Positions 1-14,912 of a stretch of 64,000 nucleotides of DNA are shown piece after piece (positions within the stretch are counted from its first letter, which is position 1; each line of letters starts with the position of its first letter). The position numbers and the translations under genes were made by a program. The notes beneath the pieces were generated by a model. It saw only the letters and a program-made list of their open reading frames with translations. It was not told where the DNA came from and searched no databases. Source of the DNA: Mytilus trossulus (Eukaryota); the NCBI RefSeq assembly GCF_036588685.1, contig NC_086377.1, positions 7,812,001-7,876,000 on the forward strand. The letters are read 5' to 3'.

Positions 1-337
1 ATCCGTATCCTTAAATGAGGAGAAAATAATGGTTGGTAATGAGACAACACCACTTAAAATTAATGTATAAGACACTTTTCACCTTTGTGCTTCTTTTTTT
101 TTCAATGTTATTATAAAACAATATTTGAAGTCGATAGCATACGCTTCTATGAAACTCTATTTCATACTGAAGGTAAATTATGCAACAGGAGAAGATCATA
201 TTGAGTATTGTTCTCTCCACTAGGTTATATAAATGAACTGTTATTGAAAAAAAATTATTTGTTCACCATTTCTACGTGATGTTTGAGGTCACTTCGAAAT
301 AATATTTGATCAAATTGACACACCATATTTTGTTTAC

Positions 338-1993
338 CTGACCCGGATTCACAAGTACACGAACGGCATCCATCATGTCCAACAGGTCCTAAAGTGTAGG
401 AATTTTTACATGATGACATACATAATATTTGTCCTAAACATTGCTTTTCTCCACTTCCGTTTCCGGTTGTTGAACTTCCTGTATGATAATTTCCTGTTGT
501 TGACGACATGATAGATGACATCATATTGTTTTGGGGTAACGCCAATCCTGCAGCTTTTAAAAAAAAAGAAGAGCAGAAACATATCAATTCCGTTTACTAA
601 TAATAGCTCTTTCTGATAATTAAGTTAAACAATAACTCATGCCATATGTTTTGTATTAGAAAAAATCTGTTTCATATGTCATCGATACTCACTAAAGGAG
701 ACAAAGATGAAAAGAATAGGATTCTTTATATTATATTCAAAAGATGAAATCTATATTGTGATATTATATAAAGTATCCGCTGAAAAAGATTAAACATCTT
801 ATCTTATAGTTGTAAGACATGTCTGTATTTTTTAGTGACGGGAAAAGGCATGATTGTAGATGGCATTCACACTTTTTATTCCAGAAGATTCAAGAAAGTT
901 CCTAAAACAGCAAATTGTGCTTTTCTATCTGATATTACATATACAAATAACGATGTCGGAGTGATCGTCATCAATCGAAATAAATCAGAATTAAAAGAAA
1001 ATAACAAATACGCGGAAAACATAAGTTAAACATGTTAAATCAATATTAATTCGTTAACACTCCAGAATATATTAATAACATACCAGGACCACACGGACAG
1101 GAGTGACATCCCATTTCATCAACGATTAAGCACCACCGTGGGCAAACAATTTGATGACGTACACAGCCAAAACTTGAACCACTAAACATCGATGTGTGGC
1201 CGGGTGAATGTGGTCCTGACATAGCCGGATTATTAGAACGTCCACCTCCAGTCATTGGTCCTTGCATAGGACTGCCACCTCCGCCACTCATCATACTCCC
1301 CATTCCTGGACTAGACATTTGACCATGATGAAAAGGCCCTCCTCCTCCCATGGGACTTGATCCTCCATAACTTCCTCCAGGTCCACTAGGCATGCCCATT
1401 GATCCTCCAAAACCCCCGCCGGATCCACTAGGCATTCCCATCGGCATATTAAATCTTTTACTAGTTTTAGATCTTACTCGCTCAGGTCTTTGTTTCCGTG
1501 AGGTTTCTTTTGAAAAACAAACTGAAAATAATACAAATTGTAAATAAACGGGATTATATCGCATAGGTTATATAGCGTAAATAGGAATAACAAAGCACAA
1601 ATATATTGCTGCTAATGATTTTCACGTTTAAGACGAATATAGCAAAACATGATAATCCTTATAGACTCTCACGGCGAAAAGATAAAGAAATATTCTGCAG
1701 TATTGGCTCCTCAAAAACAAACCATATTGGCATAAAATTCATTTGTTGACAAGTTGTATATGAAAAAAAGAAGACAGAAAATATTGGAAGTTCAGATTTA
1801 TGAATCGTTTGCAATTGATAAGTGCAGTGCATATACTTTTTGCTATATTCTTATTTTTCACACTCATCATAAAAATGAACAATTTTACATTCCTTTTCTT
1901 TGTAAAAATCGAAAACAACACAATAATGTTCATAAATGATACGAACTTACCTGAAAGTATCAGACACAGTAAAAACAATCTGCATAAAAACAT
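338..1993 (-). CDS. Secreted Gly/Met-rich protein with antistasin-like Cys modules (partial; 3' exons probably lie before the window start)
   Basis: Exons 1993-1951, 1521-1084 and 547-338, all GT-AG with phase-1 junctions. The spliced protein starts MFLCRLFLLCLILSVCFS (signal peptide), then a basic segment ending SKR, then a G/M/S/P-rich region. Module CVRHQIVCPRWCLIVDEMGCHSCPC ends exon 2 and CLGQILCMSSCKNSYTLGPVGHDGCRSCTC ends exon 3. Both fit the C..C-x3-C...GC-x2-C-x-C antistasin-like pattern. Confidence 0.7.
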
Positions 1994-2854
1994 TATGTCA
2001 AAATAATAATAAAATATCCAATATTTAAATTTGTAAAGCTTTTAACGTGATTTTCAGGCAAATAATTTCATTTTCTCTGTAGTGGTCGTATCTAAATAAC
2101 AATGATAATATAGATGATAGCATTTCACTTCTCCATAAAGGGAGATAACAACGTGTCTCACAAAGCAGATATGTTATTTCGCAGATATGGAGGTTGTGGC
2201 TAAAAAGGAAAAACATTGAAGCAGGTGTTCTGGTCTTTTGAGATATCGTTCAGAGAGAGAGAGAGTGAGAAAATTCTATATATACAATTAACTCAGAATG
2301 TGTATGTTGTTAATAGGGTGAAAGATATATTTATAGTATATGGGGAGGGGATGAGTCTTACATTGGAGATAGTGTGTCTTCATTCGGAAGATATGGCTGT
2401 TGTGACTAAAAATTAAAGAGATTTGGAGGCAGATGATTTTTGTCATTTACATACTATAGATACAAGATTGTCGGACACCTATCTTTTTTTTTTGTTACAA
2501 TACAAGTGTGGACACAGATCAGTGTGGATAGTATGTTTGGATGTTTGACAGTGTCTTATGACAAAAGGAGTTCTGTTTTTCCTATATGGTGTTATTAACT
2601 GAGTTGCACGGTGACAACAAATCTGAGCATAAGCAGTGTTATTTATTTAATATTTTTGTATGTTCAAGACAGGCATGGGGGAGACAGTAATTACATTAGT
2701 TACAAAATGATTATGATAGAACATGCTCCTACATCTTTGATTTTGGATACATTTTGTAGCTAGGAGAGCAACACATAATAGGTTAATTTTTTCACGTGTT
2801 TTTTTTCTAAATTGGAGATGATATCTAGATTTGAGAACATGATATAAGGAGTCT

Positions 2855-3112
2855 ATAACCCAGTGGTTGTCGTTTATTTATGTGTTACATATTAGTTTTT
2901 TTTGTTTATTTTTTTAACATAAATAAGGCCATTAGTTTTCTCGTTTGAATTGTTTTATATTGTCATTTCGGGGCCTTTTATAGCTAATAAGGCGGTATTG
3001 GCTTTACTCATTGTTTATGGCTGTACAGTGACCTGTAGTTGTTAATTTCTGTGTCGATTTGGTCTCTTGTGGAGAATTGTCTCATTGGCAATCATACCAC
3101 ATCTTTTTTATA
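2855..3112. repeat. Abundant dispersed repeat family (motif gagagttgtctcattggca(a/c)tcataccacatct); further copies near 14140, 15535, 17000, 34575, 37575, 39645, 54985, 57250
   Basis: The same motif and adjacent sequence recur many times on both strands. Class not determined. Confidence 0.8.
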
Positions 3113-3703
3113 TGTACTGTATTTGCTTACTATTGGTATGGTTCTATTTATATTACTTTGTTGTGGATCGTCAGTATCATTAGTAAATGTGTTGGCTAAG
3201 ATGTCGAATTGGTTCCTCAGATTAGAATACATTTATTGGTTTCAAGTAATGACAATGCTTGACATGATGATTGGGGCTAAATGAGATAGGAAGTAAACCT
3301 CTGTGCTGATTTATATAAATTCTTTAATTATATCTCTTCCATAGCTGGTCGAAGCAAAGACAAATTTTTACCAATATGAAAATGATTTCACCAAAAGAAT
3401 CTTTGTGAGCATGCCCCAAAGACTCATAACTGCTCCAAAAGTAATCTGATAGAATTGCAAGCATGTCAAGCAGATATTATCAACATCTACTTAATTAGTC
3501 TTAATAAGTCTAAATATCTAAAAATCTATAGTATTCAAAAGGTATTGCAAAATTATTCCTTTTCATTTTTTGTTTTGTTATATGGATACAAATATAAGTG
3601 ATACATATACAATATTTGTTGTGGTATGAAAGTGTAGTAATTAACATAAATTTAACTGTAACAATGTTAATTCACACAAATTAAGAAATAAATAAATGAA
3701 TGG

Positions 3704-5465
3704 AACAGATGCTCCGCAGGGCGCAACTTTATACCACTACAGAGGTCGAACCCTGAACAGTTGGGGCTAGTATGGACACAACATTCAAGCTGGATACAGC
3801 TCTGTATTTGGATTGTGATTAAATAGTTGACACAGCTTAGGTTTCTGACACAGAATGAATGTGGTCTAATTAACTTAAAATATTTTTTTTTCTTTTGTGC
3901 AATTCACCAAGCTGTTGAATATTAATCCTTTCAAAACAAAATTACTTAAAGTTATTTTCTTTTTAATTTCTGAAATCTGAAATGAGAAAAATTCCCCTCC
4001 CCTTGTCCCCCAATTTTTCCCCCTCCCCTTTCCCTTATTCCAACCAGATGATCCACAGGGAGCATCTTTATACGACTGCAGAGGTCGAACCCTTAAGAGT
4101 TGTGGCAAGTATGGACACAACATTTAAGCTTGATACAGCTCTAAATTTGGATTGTGATTAAATAGTTGACACAACATATGTATCTGACACAGAATGATTG
4201 TGGTCTAAGAACTTCAACTTAAAAAAATTAAATTGGACATTTACCTATTATGGTCCAATATCCAAAATCTAAATACATGGTAAAATTCAGCATATCATTG
4301 AACCCCAAGAATTCAATTTTTGATGAAATCAAATAATGTTTAATTTAAACCCTTTAGACTTCAATGTGGACCAATTTGATAACCGGGCCAAAATATTAAA
4401 AATCTAAATACACGGCTAGATTCAGCATATTGAAGAACCCCATATATTCAACTTTTGTTGAAATGAAACAAAGTTCAATTTTAGACCCTATGAACCATAA
4501 TGTAGACCAATTTGAAAACGGGACAATACTGAGCAATTGAATATTTCTGGCTATTGGCAATACTGTGCAATTGAAAATTTCTTGCTATTGCGCAATATTG
4601 TGCAATTAGATATTGCTTGCTATTGCGCAATACTGTGCAATTAAAGATTTCTTGCTTTTGCACAATACTGTACAATTGAAGATTTCTTGCTATTGTGCAA
4701 TACTGTGCAATTGAACATTTCTTGCTATTACACAATACTGTGCAATTGAAGATTTCTTGCTATTGCAGAATACTGTGCAATTGAAAAATTCTTGCTATTG
4801 CACAATACATAGTATAATAATTTTGGACCCCGATTTGGACCAACTTGAAAACTGGGCCCATATCAAAAATCTAAGAACATGTTAAGACTCACCAAATCAA
4901 AGAACCCCAAGAATTCAATTTTTGTTAAAATCAAACAAAGTTTAATTTAGCCCCTAATTCCTTGGGACCAACACCCCCAAAATCAATTCAAACCTTCCTT
5001 TTGTGGTCATAAACCTTTATAGATTTCTATTAACTAACACTAAAGTTATTGTTCAAAAACCAAGAAAAATGCTTATTTGGGACCTATTTTGGGTCCCTCA
5101 ATCCTTAACTGTTTGAACTAAAACTACCAAAATTAATCCCAACCTTCCTTTTGCGGCCATAGACCTTATAATAAAATATCATAGCTTTCTGTTTACTAAT
5201 ACCTAAGTTATAGAGCAAGAACCAAGGAAAATGCTAATTTGGTCCCTTTTTGGTCCCTTATTCCTAAACTGACGAGACCAAAACACCCAAAATCAATCCC
5301 AACCATCCTTTCATGGTCATTAACCTTGTGTTTAAATTTCATATATTTCTATTTACTTTTACTTAAGTTAGAGTGTGAAAACCAAATGTCTTCGGACAAA
5401 GACGATGACACCAACGTGATACCAATATACAACCAAAATATTTTCATGTTTTGCGGTCGTATGAT
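3704..5465. mobile_element. Non-autonomous Helentron-like (HINE/DINE-type) element with internal duplication and minisatellite
   Basis: The 5' block (cagatgctcc...agaggtcgaaccct) occurs twice, at ~3705 and ~4045. The motif atacgactgca is inverted near the far end (tgcggtcgtat, ~5452-5462). A tandem array lies inside. The class assignment is inferred from the layout. Confidence 0.5.
4525..4810. repeat. ~35-bp minisatellite (caatactgtgcaattgaagatttcttgctattg..), about 8 copies
   Basis: Directly visible tandem units; explains the repetitive ORF 4481-4735. Confidence 0.9.
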
Positions 5466-7169
5466 CTCAAATCAAATTTCTAATGGAGTTTGCAACAATA
5501 ATTATTCAACTACTCATTTAAATACATCATAAAGTATTAAAATATAAATTGTCATACAGTCATGGGGATGATGTTCCCTCTAGCATATATAATATATAAA
5601 GGTATATGAATCAAGAACTGTAAAAGTGAAGCTGCCAAAAATTGAACTTAACTGAGTTTAGAGGTAATAAGCATTATATACACATTTCACTAAATTTAGT
5701 TGAGACAATCTTAAGAAACTAAATAGTTCTTCATTTTTTTCCATTTGTAAAAGGGAATAACCCTAGAATGATAATCAAAGTGCTTGTAATCACTGAATGG
5801 TTATTAAAGACTGCTTTAATTTATCAGTTAGTAGTAAAGTGAATTTTGCATTGTACATTGTATATAGCATTAATTTGAGTTGATTCAACTACTATTCTGG
5901 ACAGAGAAAGATAACTCCAATTTTCAAAGAAGATTTCATAAAGCATTGGTTTACTTACAATACAAGTTAGAGAGAGCAAATATTCCTGTCGCTTTTACAA
6001 ATTTCGTTCGTCGAATTAAAATGTAATTCGAGACAAAATAGTAGTCATTGGTAGTTAAGTCAAAATTGCACATTTGACATGCTTTGTGAATGATAAATTG
6101 AATGTCAATGAAGAATGTTTCAAAAGGAAATAAATGTTCGAAAGTCACAATACCTATATTCTAACATGATTAAGTTGGTTGGGCTAAGGATTTAACTTTC
6201 AAGCCATTTTATTTAAAACAAAACACAAAAAAAAATGAATTTCAAAATCTCTCACAATTTGGATAGTATATATTCAGACTTTTTTTCAATTTGTTGATTG
6301 TTTGACTTTAAGCCATTTGGAACATCTACAGATTATCATGAGACTTCAATGAGAACTAGAGTAATGATTTAAATCATTTTTAGCGTGTTACGAAAGTGTT
6401 GAAAAAAGAAGGGCGAATGAAATCAGAAGGACAGTCAAACTCATAGATAAAAAATAAACTGACACCTCATGGCAAAAAAAACCAGAAAGACACAAACATA
6501 CAAATAGTAGTACACAAGAGACAACATAGATAATTAAACACAAACGGGGGTGATCTCAGGTACTCCGCGGAAGGGTAAATAGATAATGATTCACATGATG
6601 AACGTAAAGTCTGTACAAACACCGGTCTGTTATTGGAGACTCTTATGTTTTTAAAATAAAAGTGCATGTCGTTAGGGTTGAGTCACAGTGACATTAACCC
6701 TACTTTACCGTTTATTTATAGTTCTCTAACATTTTATCAACTAGTAACTAGAAACTACTGTAATTATTCTATTTTAGTTATAATACAAGTGTTTGTAATA
6801 ATGCAGAACAGTATACTTTGTATTCGTATTTTTCTTCCTTTATCATTTGAAATGACAATAGGTCACGTGTCTTACGCCTCCTGCGGTTTTTCCAATTTCA
6901 TATGACAATGCAATAATTTAATTTGCTACAAATTAGTCTTTATTTTTAAAATTCATTTTTTAACAATTTCAATTCAATTTCATGTATATACACACGCACA
7001 CATTTAAAGCCAAACAATTTTTAAAACAATACATCAAAGACAATTATGAAATGTTAAAGGTCCTCGGAAGTTCAGTACGAATATCTGTTAGACTAGTTTC
7101 AAGTCACAAGTATTAGATACCTAGAGAAGAGAACAGGGGAAATATTTGCTGCAGTGAACAATAACTGAA

Positions 7170-10004
7170 ATGGATGCACCGTCTGCAAAACGTATACAAA
7201 GAAATCTAGTTTTCTTCAAGGAAAATATCACTCAGTTAAGTAAAGTAATGGACAAGTTAATCGAGACGGACTCTATACGTATGGAGGAAAAGGCGGAGAT
7301 ACTAACAGAAAAAAGTCTGGACACTCAATGTCATATTTTGCTAGAATTGTTGATGAAGCGCGGTGGATTTGATTCATTGATTGAAGCTCTGAAAATATCT
7401 GGGAACGGTCACGTGGCTGACAAAATACTGAAAACTGATGTTTGCTGTCGTAAAGGTATGAATAATCAAGACAACAAGTTCTTTAAGCGTTTGGGATTTG
7501 GGTACTTTCATGTCACTCAAGTTAGATAATATCATAACAACAACAAAAATCCACGTCATTTTGAACTCGGGTGGAAAATTGGCTCATTGACAATCATAAC
7601 TCAACTTTTGAAATATATTTGTAGATAACAATATTGGAAATTTTGTGAAGTGTGCGGTTTCTCTTTTGTCATCAAACATTCTTTAACGACTTTGTATAGT
7701 TGAGGAATCTCGTCTATTTGTTATTTTTTTTAGTTCATTTTTCTCTAGCCTTTAATTTTTGTACGTTATTCTCTTTTAGGTAAAAAGTAAAATCACAAAA
7801 ATACTGAACTCAGAGGAAAACTATTTGGAAAGTCCATAATCACATGGCAAATTCAAATAACAAAACGCATCAAAAACGAATGGAAAGAACTGTCATATTC
7901 CTGACTTGGTACAGGCATTTTCAAATGTAGAAAATGTGGATAAGTCACATGCATACCCTCCTAATTAAATAAAAATGATAGCAGATACATTTATTTACAC
8001 GTCAAACAACTAAAAAAATAAATGCATTTTCGTTGTCCAAGCAATACTACACGTTTCATCAATATCTGAATATTCATTAGCTACAATGTATATACTAGTA
8101 TGTTGTTAACTAAATCACAAAGATTGGTTTCGTTATTTAAAAAATAACCCCATGAATGGTTTTAATAACAAAAAACGTAATTGTGGACGTCGCTTATACA
8201 TGTTCGTTTGTTATATTTTAGATAAAAATCAATTACAGGAAGAGGATACATTTTATGTGGTAAGCATATTAAAGTCAATTGAAACGAATGACGATTAAAC
8301 CATTATGTTTATGCAATTCTTGAAACAATGCATGCATATATCAAATGCTTTAGTCTTCTACGCACGATTGTATTACTTTTTATGCACACATATCGTAGAA
8401 TCGTAAAAAAAAACTCTCGGTCTGTTATGATGTGAAAATACGGCAGCTAAATAAATTGTCTTGTCGTAGTTTATCAGTTGTCACCTTATAGTAAACAATA
8501 AACAACAAAGCATGAATATTGAACACGTGTTTAAAATACTGCAGATTTTGGTTTAAAGAAAACGAGATAAAGAATAGTATCATTTAGTAACTGTAAAGCG
8601 AACAAACTATTATTAGAAGTTTGATACGTCTTTAAACTAAATCCAGATATTGCATGTGTACTGAATGATAGTGAAGTCTACGATACATGACTTTTTTATT
8701 AGTTATTCGTTGCTTTAATTTAGTTCACATTAATTGCGAGTAATCGTAGCTCTTTGCTTTATGATTTTTGTTATGAGGGATGTAAAAATATATACCCTGC
8801 AATGTCAAACATTTTGGACACCACCAGAATCTGTATATAGAACTAAGAAGATGTGGTGTCCAAGTCACAATGTGCAAGAAGTTAACAATTAAAGGTCAAA
8901 GTACAGTCTTCAACACGGAGTCTAGTTTGTTCTTGTGTTGTGCTGTTACACCACTGTCCAGGTTTAGGGATCAAGTGGCGCCTTGAGCCATTTTATTTTT
9001 TTGCGTTCAGCAGTTTACATTTTAGATCACACATTTAATTCAACAACCTGAATTTTACGAGTTTCATAAAAGAATTAGCAGCTGTTTTGAAATTTATTCT
9101 GAAAATGTACGCAGTCGTAGATACTTCGTGAATTCGAACACAAAAACGTGGTTGTTGTGTATTAATCAAATTATTGATCTTTTTTTGTGATCTTTTTCAT
9201 AATGTAATAATAAAAACAATTTTATCTGCGTTGTAGTTTGATGACCGGAAGGAAGAAATAATTCAATTAATTAAAGAGAGAGAATTGGTCAAAATGAGGT
9301 ACACTGCACTGTCTACTAAGTATAAGACGATCAAAACTGATAATAAAACCAAATCGGAGGATATACAAAGTTTGAACGAGGAAATCAATTCGTTACGGTG
9401 TCAGTTGGCAGAGGTTGAAGAGAAAGCTTCAAATATAAAAGACGAACTTAAAAAGCGAGACAAAGAAAAGGACAAACATGTCGAGCCCAGACCAAAGTTG
9501 TTTAAAGACCGAAAAGATGTTGGAATTGATGCGGTTGATGGTCCGCTGGAAGAGGTTCCGAACGATGTAAGGGATCAAGTTGATTCCGAAGGATTACTTT
9601 GCAGAATGGAAGAGCAGACTACCACAATTCAATTATTAACCGAAGAGGCGACACACTATAATAATTTGATCGCGACATTAGAAGACCAAATCGAAGAACT
9701 TAAAGCAACCGTAGATGAAAAGGATAAAGATATTATGACTCTCCGTAATAATGTTGGGAAACTACAAGTACATCTTCAAGCTGGGCGTCAAGAAAGAGAG
9801 AAGATGTCGGAAGAACTCCGCAAAGATATGGAAAACAATATGAAAATTCACGATGAAAGATTTGATCAAATAGACGACAAAATGGAGTATGTAATCAAAC
9901 TACTTACAATTAACAGAAATTCACCGAGACAACTGGAAATCAATCCGATAAAATCTCCCAGAAACCAAAAACAAAACAAGTACAATAAAAAGTTTGGTCG
10001 TTAG
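7170..10004 (+). CDS. CARD + coiled-coil protein, paralogue A (3 exons, 363 aa)
   Basis: Exons 7170-7455, 8222-8259, 9237-10004 (intron phases 1, 0; 1092 nt). Exon 1 is a CARD (..LLELLMKRGGFDSLIEALKISGNGHVADKIL). Exon 3 is a heptad-rich coiled coil ending RFDQIDDKMEYVIKLL plus a basic tail. Confidence 0.85.
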
Positions 10005-10410
10005 GCATGATGGACCACATAATCGAGGGCCTAGAAGGATGGACCCCAACTACTTTTTACCAGTCGATTTGTATACCCCTTTTCTTTATTATATATTTTT
10101 TTTAAACAATATTCTATATTTTGTATTCTAATATGACGTCCTTATAACACATGCGCACGAACCTACTGTGTATATTAACGTTATTTCCATCGCTATCCTT
10201 TAAAATGTATACATTTAAGCAGCTAGCATAAATTTTTATTATATAATTTTATAAAACAACATATATTTACCCTGCTCATAGTTTTTAAACTTATCAAATA
10301 TGGAAAGTAATGCACAAACTTCTCGGGGAGGAAACGGGAAAAGCCAAACATTTTTACAGTATTTTCGTACTCTTCGATTTATAAATTACTGTATTTGTCC
10401 TATTAGAATC

Positions 10411-10572
10411 GAAATAATTCCTTCGTATTATGCTCTATGCTCATTTTAACATGGGTAGGCCTTATATTTGACCACATTTTACACCTCGCTAACGTTCAGT
10501 GTAAAATATCGACAAATATAATGCCTACCCATGTTAAAATGAGCATAGAGCAAGACCTGAAGGATTTATTTC
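10411..10572. mobile_element. Palindromic (foldback) MITE downstream of the CARD-CC A stop codon
   Basis: The arm tgctctatgctcattttaacatgggtaggc is matched by its reverse complement gcctacccatgttaaaatgagcatagagca. Confidence 0.7.
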
Positions 10573-11784
10573 TTAGTTATTTTTGATAATTGGTCTCTAT
10601 TCTTTATTTGTTGCCCTCTTTTCTGCACCTTTTGCGTATTATTTTTTATTATTCAAAAATTCATACATACCTTCACCAATAATGTTGTTTAAGGAATTAC
10701 TGTTATATTTGTTTCTGTCTATGTTCAGTTTAATATATAGAGCTTGTTAATTACTTGAAAAATAAATGCCACTTCTTTGATGTTATTTCGAATATATGGT
10801 TTCTGTATACTTCCCCCTGTAATAATTGTTATATTAGGTACTTCATGTTAAGTGAAGGTCACATCCAGTCTCTTTTGATAGGTTTATGTAATATGTATGC
10901 ATATTCAAAAAAAAATTACTATATAATACTAAACATTCACATAGTTTCGAACAAGATACTAATAAAGAGCTTCTGTTGTATTGGTTTCTATGTACTTTTC
11001 CAAGGGCTAAAATGGCTTCTTCCGATTCCTCAAGGTCATTTACGGGTGATATTTATCAATGTTTCAACCAACAGTTTGCAAAAAAATAAATATGGCGTAA
11101 GCATGTACTATGTTGGTGAAATAATCAATTGACAATTGAATCATTTCAGGAACAATAACTCCTAAAAGATTTTATTGGATTGTTTTAAACTAATTGGATA
11201 ATATCTTCAGTCCAATGAGGAAAGCATTTGGTTCTTTGTAAATATATCTTTAAGAGTGTCACACGAGATCTCGGAACATTGAAAAGTCAAAACATACAAG
11301 ATGATATTATCCTTTTACCCTGACCTCAATTTCATTTTTATTAATTTTACCAGGATTTTACTCACCCTTCATGTGATATTTGACATAACTTTTGTCAAAT
11401 TCAGAAGGGGAAATAACTGTAATATGGAGTCTTCGAATTGATTTCGTTAAAATTTGTAAAACTTTTCTTTGGATAACGAGCAATAAGGTTAATTAAATAT
11501 GGCGCTTTCTTTTACGGTTACGGAAGAGATGTCAGAACAATGAAAAGTCAAAATTTAGAACTTGGTCAATATTTATATCACATATATCAAGCATGTACTG
11601 ATAATGTAAAGTGCATTATCGCTATTTTGTGCATTTTTCCATTGATCTTTTTTGTGATAATTTCATATCATGCTTCTCGCTTGAGATGGAAAAACTATCG
11701 CTAAAAAATAAGGAGGCCACGTGGCGTTGCTAACGAAATTGACATGAAATTGACAACGTCTTCATAGGTAAAAAAGCGATAAAC

Positions 11785-11883
11785 AGATTATCATTGGTCA
11801 TCTCAACTCGATTGCTTTTCTCACTTTCGCTGTACCAGCTCAAGCGAGAAAATCAATCTCGTTGAGATGATCAACGATAATCT
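11785..11883. repeat. Imperfect inverted repeat (foldback MITE-like)
   Basis: agattatcattggtcatctcaac ... gttgagatgatcaacgataatct. Confidence 0.6.
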
Positions 11884-14800
11884 ATAATACACACATGTAC
11901 ATACAGGAACAATTGTTTTATTTCATCTAGTTGTTTGTCTTGTCTTTGTTTCTTTTGTTTATTTGTTTGTTATAGTTTTCTATTTTTCTTTTACTGTTTG
12001 TATTGTTGTAAAATTTTGTTTATTATTTATTTATTTATTAAAGAATAGTTTTATATTAACATTCCTTACTTTTTAAGTATTGTTTTGATTTTGTTATAGT
12101 TGGGGTTCTGACGACTTTTTGCTAATGTTAATCTTATGGGGGAAAAGTAGCCTCCTGAGAGGTAGCCTCCCGAGGTGAGGCCAATTTTTATGACGTCATT
12201 TTTAGGAATAACGACACAAAGAAACAAACACAGAGCCAGTGAACCATATCCATAGAGCAATTATGCATATCCACCGCCGCCACGATCCAACTACTTAGGT
12301 AGTTCGTGTTTGGCTTGACCAAAGCAATTATGTTTTTTATCTGTGAGGTCAACTGTCAAATGTGATTTTTTTTCTACATTTCATTTTTGTGTAGACTGGT
12401 CTGATGACTTACAAAGGACGACCTCGTAAACACATCAATACTTTTCATTATTTCATTCATTTATTATTCTCAACTCAAACATATATATACTGTATTGGTT
12501 TTTCTATTTGTTTTGCTATTCGTTCGTAAGGTGAGCCGATTTCTTCTGTATTTGTTAGTTGTCTAATATGCTCTTCAACTTTTTTACTTGCTTGGCGTAA
12601 TAAATATTTTGATATGAGCGTCACTGATGAGTCTATGTAGACGAAACGTGCGTCTGGCGTACTAAATTATAATCCTGTTGCCTTTGATAACTAATTGCAA
12701 TCATACCATTTTTCCTAATTTCTATGTTAATTTTATTTCCTTTTAGGTTTATATTTCTTTAAACCCATAATGTTATTGACATGTATTGTATTACTCGTAC
12801 GTATTACGGTTAAATTGGCATATTGATATTTATCAACCAACTAAGTCCATTATAGCCATTAATGGCTGGTTATTAAAAATTACTTATTTTCTGTAATGGC
12901 CCTGTTTTTCTGTAATTACCATGTTTTTTTTCTGTAATGGCCCTGTTGTTTTCTGTAATGGACCTGTATTAATGCCCAGTTTGTCTGTATTAAGCCAAGT
13001 TAGGGTCTTTGTTGATCTTTGATAAAGTTAATAACAATAAGTTGTAAAGAGTATAATACCTTTTTGTATTTTATTTTATTTAGTAACCATATACAGGGAT
13101 CACTGTTCATCCAGTTTTCAACACATAACTTCTTTCAACTTAATATCTTGGATATTTGGTATATTTAAAAGCTTTATCATGGTGAAGTACACATATTTTT
13201 TTTCAAACTAAACTGTCTTTAAAAGAGTGAAGAGTAAACCAAATTGGCAGCAACACATACACTGTTGTTCAGTTGGTGAATAAATGTATTAAACATTGGA
13301 TGTTTTTATAAGGCCTTTTTATATGTCCTCGGTCAGTAATAATGGCCTCGGATGTCTATACTGGCCCTCGGCGTTGCCTGGAGCCATTACAGACTTCCTC
13401 GACTATTGTTACAGACCTTGGACACATAAAAGGGCCATTATAAAAACACCTACATGTATTCATTAATACTATAGTACATGCTGGTTGTTAAAGTAGTTTT
13501 TTCACAATTACAGTGTTAATATGTTAATCATAAGGAGAACCTAACGGTTGTTGTTTGTTAGATGAATTATATGTTTTAATTGTCAAATTAATTTGGCTTA
13601 ACTCCTGTCCTTATACGCTATTGGCAAAAATATCCTAATTTCACCCAGTACGTTTGGGGTACGGAATGTATACAAGTACGCAACCAGTTCGATCAACATA
13701 GGGACATTAAACATGATGCCTAGTGTAGATAGAGTACACTCTGTGTGATTACCATACGACGACTCTTTAAGGGGATCGTAGAAGGGCCTTTAAATTTGCT
13801 AGGCAAAATGTGTGTCCCTATTCAATTTACCTTTATATCCCAGTAGCAGTTAAAATTTCACCGACCTTTATCAATTATGGCCTCTATAGTACAGAACCAT
13901 TATTGAATTTATTGTTTTTTGTTCTCGTCCTTAACATGCATGAAATATTATTCACTGGACGTTAGGCAACCAACAATCCACCAATCATTCCTTTGCAATC
14001 TTTAAATAAGGTTTGGTTTAATAATTTGTAATCTGTGGAGGATTTTCAGTAAAAGTTGTGAAAAGAAAACATGGGAAAACAAGGCCGTATATTGACCTGT
14101 AATGGTTTACCTTTTTTTTAAATTGTTATTTGGATGGAGAGTTGTCTCATTGGCACTCACACCACATCTCCCCACATAGATGTAAAAATTTCACATAGAA
14201 AAGAAAAAAGAACAAAAATATTGCAGTGTGAATGCAGAATGAAAGAGTGTAAAACTATTCAAACGGGAAAACCAACGATCTAATATGTTCATTATAATAA
14301 TAATTTTCTGATAAACACCCGGCAGTTAATTTACACATGATATATAATTTTTATGTAATTTGAAGCAAAATTGTATACCATAATACGCCAACTAAAATAC
14401 TTCTACCAGTAAAACGTTCGTGCACAAATCTAATTTACTTTCTCTTCTTTCTTATCCGTTCATCTCAAACATTTTCAATACTCATAAATGTATTCAAAAT
14501 TTGTTAATTTGACATTATTATGACAAGTTTACAACAAATAAACTAAATAATGAATAATTAAAGATTATAATAACATTTAAAGACAAAGCACGGTACAATT
14601 GATAGAAAAACATCACAAAAGAAAATAAGAGTTCTATGTCCTTTACAAACCGGACAACATTCAGTTCCTTTATTAATATTCTCAAACTGCTTATTGTTAT
14701 CTAGCTAATGAAAAAGGATATTTGCCAAATTTGACAAAAAAGTCCTCAGCGCTAAAACACTTTGTTTGACGTTTATTTCAGATTTTAATTAGTATAGAAC

Positions 14801-14912
14801 GTAGTTTCACACAAGTTGTAGTAGAATTTTCGAAACACTTTGTTTACTTTAGTTTAGGTTTTAATTGTTGCAGAACGAAGTTGAAATCGAAGTGAAATTT
14901 GTTTTTTTCAAA

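Noticed and set aside
10755-11132. 125-aa ORF after CARD-CC A
   Set aside because: TTG start, composition typical of AT-rich non-coding DNA, no recognisable motif.
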